DNA of 64,000 nucleotides from Macrostomum lignano (Eukaryota): NCBI GenBank assembly GCA_002269645.1, contig NIVC01000396.1, positions 434,001 to 498,000 of the forward strand, read 5' to 3'. Shown piece by piece: positions 58,625 to 64,000 of this stretch (position 1 is its first letter; each line of letters starts with the position of its first letter). The notes under the pieces were generated by a model. It saw only the letters and a program-made list of their open reading frames with translations, ran no database searches and was not told where the DNA came from. The position numbers and the translations under genes were made by a program.

Positions 58625-58875
58625 AATCCAATATTTCAGATATTCATTATCCCATTTTTGGATCTGGAAAACTGGGGATTGGGATCTAAGCTTCTCAGGG
58701 ATGTTTGATCCCATCTATGGATCTGAGAAACTGGGGATTGGGATCTAAGCTTCTCAGGGATGTTGATCCCATTTATGGATCTGAGAAACTGGGGATTGGG
58801 ATCTAAGCTTCTCAGGGTTGTTTGATCCCATTTTTGGACCTGGGATGCCAGGAATTGGGATCTAAGCTTCTCATC
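58625..58875. repeat. About 59-bp tandem repeat with internal palindromes
   Basis: About 4 units; ACTGGGGATT recurs at 58671, 58730 and 58788. Confidence 0.85.
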
Positions 58876-58892
58876 CAACCGCCCATTGGCAG

Positions 58893-59228
58893 AGGCTCCG
58901 CCCCAGCTAATCGGGCAAAGCCCTGAGCTGCCATTCTCCCCGGTGTTCCTGAACGGCAGCGCTGACTACGGCAGGTTCACCTGCCGGTTCCGGGCCAAGC
59001 TGGGGACCGACTTCAGCGCCAGCCTGGACGGCGACAGCACCTTGTTCAGAGAACTCAGCCGGAGAGGCATTTTTGCGAAAGAAGAAAGGCACATTGAAGA
59101 CGGCTACTTTGAGGTGTCAGTGGACTACAGGCCGACAGAGCTTGAGCACACGGGCCGCTTGGCGGTGACAGCCAGCAATGCTCACGGCTCCGCCACCTGC
59201 AGAATGAACGTCTTTGCCGCTGTGCACC
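58893..59228 (+). CDS. Dscam: Dscam-like exon, Ig5
   Basis: APPQLI...RFTC...ASNAHGSATCRMNVF; acceptor TGGCAG, donor GTGAGC, phase 1/1. Confidence 0.82.
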
Positions 59229-59458
59229 GTGAGCGTTTGGGGACTCCCGCCTGGTCTTAGTCTATCCGTTAGACGAGACTTAGTCCCAAATATCTAGTCT
59301 CATCCAATCTCATCTAGTCTGATCTAATCTCATCTAGACTGATCCAATCTCATCTAGACTGAGTCAATCTCACCTGGACTGATCCAATATCATATAGACA
59401 ACCGATCGCATCTAGACAGATCCAATCTCATCTAGTCTGATCCAATCTCATATAGACT

Positions 59459-61400
59459 CAGGGTGTCGACGGCCTCCTTTATCTCCTTTATTTGGACAAA
59501 AATCACGCAGTTTCAACTCAGCCCAGCTAACTATTATAACAAAATCTCCTTTATTATAGTTGTATTTTGTACAGTTTTGTACATTTGTGTACTTTTTGTA
59601 CACTTATTACTCTCAACTGATATAATGTGCTGCATCAAAATAGTAGCAATAAATTTTTATTAACTGTCTAGCACGCCTGCAGCTACCTGTAGAGACCACC
59701 TGGTGCAGGTTAGTATGGATGGCCCAAGTGTCAATTTGAAGTTTTTTCGCGATTTAAAGACAAAGCTACAGTCTGAGACTGAAGATCTCACTGGTTCGGT
59801 TGTTCTTGACACTGGTACCTGTGGATTGCACACAGCAAGCCGATCATCCCATTGCAGCCATGATGCCAGTGGTTGGACCTGATGATTCAGAGTTCCTCAC
59901 AGCTTGTCACAGCTTCGATCTGCCTGTGCTGACAAGTACTTAGAGGCCAAGATTCATTTGTTTGTCTCTATCGCCAACCTACTTGAGCCATTTTTGCGAC
60001 AGTTCCAAGCTGCTGCACCAATGTTTCCATTTTTTACGAATCTCCTGGAAAAGTGCTTCGCATTGTCATGCTACGATTTGTGGATGCCGACGTGATGAAG
60101 AAGTGCCTCACAGTGACCCAGCTCTTAGACGTTGACTTAAGCCACCAAGGTGTACAGAAAACTACTGTGGACTTTGGTTCAGCTGCTCAGGCTGCTATTG
60201 AACAACTCAAGCGACAAGCAACACCACCAACTCAACATGAGCACTTGGCTTTTCGCACCACTAGTCTTCTTTTGAAAGTGTATGAAAAGTTGGTTGAGAA
60301 GTCCCCTTTGGCACAGCCTATTGCCAGGGCAGCAAGTTTTCTATCACCGCACCTTCTTCAGGAGGACACTAGTTTGTGTGACAAGAGGTTCAAGTTGCTA
60401 ATGAAGCTGCTTTCTGATTCTGGTTGGTTGACACATGAGGATGCTGATAAAGCGAAGCAGCAGTTTTTCATCATGTAAAGTGATCCTCAGTGCTTGTCAC
60501 ATGAGCAGGCATCAGTTGAAAGTGCCTTCTCTATTAACAACAGTCTGCTGGTGGAAAACTTATCTGACCGAAGCCTAATTGCACAGAGAATTGTTTCCCA
60601 AGCTATTCATGATGCCGGATCAGTCACAGCAATTGCCATCACTCCCAGAATGCTGTACGATCTGCCCGTTCAAGGTGCCTGGAAGCTCGAGAGCTGCAGC
60701 ATAAACTGGACTCCGATAATGAACAGAAGACTAAAAATAAAAAGTGGCAGCAAGAGATGGTTGAGAAACTTGAGAAAGAAGTGGCAGCTAAGCGTCATAC
60801 AGCAGATGCAGCAACAAAGGATGCCGATGCCGATGAGCTTCAAAAGAAGCTTGATGAGTTGAACAACTCTGGCCCCTAGTATTGACATTTTTACATCTAG
60901 AGACAGCTAATTCCATTCAGGGGACAGTCTAATTTTTATATTTTGCCTGCCTGAATTAAGTGTAAAAAGTGTGTTTTTTTCTGTTTTGAATGTAAACGTT
61001 TTCCCAACTCCCAGTTCTATTACTATTACATAGTTAGTTTCACATGTGTGCAAGCATTTTATGATGAAGAAGTGTGCGTATATCAGTGGTAACACTGATT
61101 TCATTTATTTTTAACACAATCATATACTTTCTTAACAGCAGGTATTTCTCCAACAGGTAATAAATGATGATAAATAGATCTGAATAATAGTAGAGAAAAA
61201 TGTTGCTCGCGCAACTGTGAATGTACAACAGCAACTTGCGTAACACGAATGCATAAAATTAATAAAAAGTCACGTTTTTTAAATTTAATGTTGTAGTTTT
61301 TTTGCTTAAGTCTTGTTACTAAGATGAAGTCCCCCTCCTCTAGCTGTACCCTGACTCTTGCGAAAAATCTCCTTTATCTTCTTTATTTGGGATACAGTAT
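59459..61400 (+). mobile_element. Decayed, internally deleted hAT-like DNA transposon in a Dscam intron (transposase remnants about 59690-60860)
   Basis: VQVSMDGPSVNLKF...DTGTCGLH, LEPFLRQFQ...PMFPF, EKSPL, SHEQASVESAFSIN..LLVENL (hAT dimerisation-like); stops and frameshifts; boundaries approximate. Confidence 0.7.
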
Positions 61401-62096
61401 TGTTCTAGAAAGTTCTAGAATTGGGGAATCTAAGAAGAGTTACTATAATTAGCATAGATACAATTTGCATTACTATTTTAACACCAATATTATCTAGACT
61501 GACCCAATCTCATCTAGACTGATCTAGTCTCATCCAGACTGATCCAATCTCATCTAGACTGATCCAGTCTCTTTAAGACTGATCTAATCTCACCTAGACT
61601 GATCTAGTCTTATCTAGACTGATCCAAACTCATCTAGACTGATCTAGTCTCATCTAGACTGACCCAATCTCATCTAGACTGATCCAGTCTCTTCTAGACT
61701 GATCCAATCTCATCTAGACTGATCCAATCTCATCTAGACTGATCCAATCTCTTCAAGACTGATCCAATCTCATCTAGACTGATCCAATCTCTTCTAAACT
61801 GATCCAATCTTATCTAGACTGATCCAGTCTCTTCAAGACTGATCCAGTCTCTTCAAGACTGATCCAATCTCTTCAAGACTGATCCAATCTCATCTAGACT
61901 GATCCAATCTCATCTAAACTGATCCAGTCTCATCTAGACTGATCCAATCTCATCTAGACTGATCCAGTCTCTTCAAGACTGATCCAATCTCATCTAGACT
62001 GATCCAGTCTCATCTAGACTGATCCAGTCTCATCTAGACTGATCCAATCGCTCAATCAAATCTCATTCATTTGCATCTAATCTCGCCCTTCCCCAG

Positions 62097-62394
62097 CCCC
62101 CGTCCTGTCTATGAGGAGATTCAAAGCCATTCAGCGGGCGGTCACGCAGCAGCCGTTCAGTCTGCACTGCAAGGTGCTGGGCGGCCTGAACTCGAAAGCG
62201 AAGGCCCTGCAACGGGTGCGGCTTGCCTATCCCGGCCTGCGGATTCCGACCTACAGCCTGCACTGGCAGCTGCGGCGGCAGCGGCGGCCCTCAGAGCGGC
62301 TGGTGCTGCCCATCGACCACCGGATGCAGACGGACGACCCCGACTGGCCTGACCGCCTGCACATTACCTCCATGGAACCGAATGACGCTGGAAA
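62097..62394 (+). CDS. Dscam: Dscam-like exon, most of Ig6
   Basis: FSLHC...YSLHW...LVLPIDHRMQ (compare Dscam LPINRKQ, recalled)...DAG; phase 1/2. Confidence 0.85.
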
Positions 62395-62474
62395 GTGAGA
62401 ATAAGCGCACTAATCAGAGTTCTTGTTGGAATTATAATAATTTAAAACTTCAGCGTTAGATTGTAAACTCACCG

Positions 62475-62967
62475 TGAGTATCACTCCCAGAATGTGAACC
62501 CACCCTGAGTATCACTCCCAGAATGTGAACCCACCCTGAGTATCACTCCCAGAATGTGAACCCACCCTGAGTATCACTCCCGGAATGAGAACCCACCCTG
62601 AGTATCACTCCCGGAATGTGAACCCACCCTGAGTATCACTCCCAGAATGTGAACCCACCCTGAGTATCACTCCCAGAATGTGAACCCACCCTGAGTATCA
62701 CTCCTAGAATGTGAACCCACCCTGAGTATCACTCCCAGAATGTGAACCCACCCTGAGTATCACTCCCAGAATGTGAACCCACCCTGAGTATCACTCCCAG
62801 AATGTGAACCCACCCTGAGTATCAGTCCCAGAACGTGAACCCACCCTGAGTATCACTCCCAGAATGTGAACTCACCCTGAGTATCAGTCCCGGAATGTGA
62901 ACTCACCCTGAGTATCACTCCCAGAATGTGGACCCACCCTGAGTATCACTCCCAGAATGTGAACCCA
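62475..62967. repeat. 31-bp tandem repeat GAGTATCACTCCCAGAATGTGAACCCACCCT
   Basis: About 16 units. Confidence 0.96.
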
Positions 62968-62999
62968 ATGTCAGCACGGAGCGGCCGCCCGCCCCGCAG

Positions 63000-63264
63000 T
63001 TACACCTGCAGAGCCAGGCTGGCAGGCGACAGCGGCGCGGGCCACCCGGGCTCGGCAGCGCAGCCGACGGCCTCAACCGCAGTGTCGGTGGTGTACGGCA
63101 TCAGCATCTCCCGGCTGCAGGACCAACTCAACCTGGACTCCAGTCTGGCCATTGCGGACACCTGCAAGCCAATCAATTCGCCTACGGGACTGTGGATCAC
63201 CTGGTGGACATTCCGGCCAAAGGGGGCCTCAGAAGACATTCAGCTGCCAAATGAGGCAGTCTCG
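63000..63264 (+). CDS. Dscam: Dscam-like exon, end of Ig6 and start of Ig7; gene continues beyond the window
   Basis: (N)YTCRAR...AVSVVY...TCKP...LWITWW; acceptor CCCGCAG, donor GTGAGT, phase 2/0. Confidence 0.82.
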
Positions 63265-63299
63265 GTGAGTGGCTGAGAAGGATGAAGGATGAGCTGGTG

Positions 63300-64000
63300 T
63301 GCCTGGTAGTGGTAGGTTAGAGTAGGGCGCCTGGTGGGTTAGAGTCAGGCGCCTAGTAGGTTAGAATCAGTCGCCTGGTAGGATAGAGTCGGGTGCCTGG
63401 TAGATTAAAGTCGAGCGCCTAGTTGGTTAGAGTCGGGCGCCTGGTGGGTTAGAGTCAGGCGCCTAGTAGGTTAGAATCAGTCGCCTGGTAGGATAGAGTC
63501 GGGTGCCTGGTAGATTAAAGTCGAGCGCCTAGTTGGTTAGAGTCGGGCGCCTGGTGGGTTAGAGTCAGGCGCCTAGTAGGTTAGAATCAGTCGCCTGGTA
63601 GGATAGAGTCGGGTGCCTGGTAGATTAAAGTCGAGCGCCTAGTTGGTTAGAGTCGGGCGCCTGGCAGTTAAAGTCGAGCGCCTGGTAGGTTAGAGTCGGC
63701 GCCTGTAGGTTAGAGCCGAGCGCCTGGTAGGTTAGAGTCGGGCGCATGGTAGGTTAGAGTCGTGTGCCTGGTAGGTTAGAGTCGTGCGCCTGGTAGGTTA
63801 GAGTCGTGCGCCTGGTAGGTTAGAGTCGTGCGCCTGGTAGGTTAGAGTCGTGCGCCTGGTAGGTTAGAGTCGTGCGCCTGGTAGGTTAGAGTTGGGAGCG
63901 CCTGGTAGGTTAGAGTCTGGCACCTGGTAGGTTAGAGTCGTGCGCCTGGTAGGTTAGAGTCGTGCGCCTGGAAGGTTAGAGTCGGGAGCGCCTGGTAGGT
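63300..64000. repeat. 22-bp satellite GCGCCTGGTAGGTTAGAGTCG(T/G), partly organised as a 110-bp higher-order repeat
   Basis: AGTTGGTTAG recurs at 63421, 63531 and 63641. Confidence 0.95.

Noticed and set aside
58625-58875. Palindromic 59-bp repeats, and the 42-44-bp arrays, as a CRISPR-like locus
   Set aside because: Units are contiguous with no unique spacers, the context is a eukaryotic intron and there are no cas genes.

Overview
Eukaryotic, intron-containing, satellite-rich genomic DNA. The short GT-AG introns, high-GC3 exons and RTE-type LINE remnant suggest a free-living flatworm such as Macrostomum (inference, not verified). Two large genes lie head-to-head. (1) A complete outer-arm axonemal dynein heavy chain of the DNAH5/DNAH8 (gamma-HC) type on the minus strand, 22149-45175: 12 exons per transcript, about 4640 aa, one 1-nt frameshift near 37430, RFX X-box motifs at the 5' end, and a tandem pair of paralogous 123-nt exons that look mutually exclusive. 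(2) The 5' part of a divergent Dscam-like Ig-superfamily gene on the plus strand, from about 48.9 kb off the right edge. The left 21 kb holds a compact gene for a secreted Cys-rich knottin-like peptide (14031-14348, minus), a probable two-exon Pro/Gln-rich gene (17510-18656), a 42-bp array whose unit carries a TCF HMG site plus Helper site, tRNA-derived SINEs, decayed RTE, hAT and possibly DIRS elements, and many micro- and minisatellites. Most long ORFs in the supplied track are repeat translations or antisense shadows. All coordinates and splice phases were worked out by hand; no database search was run.
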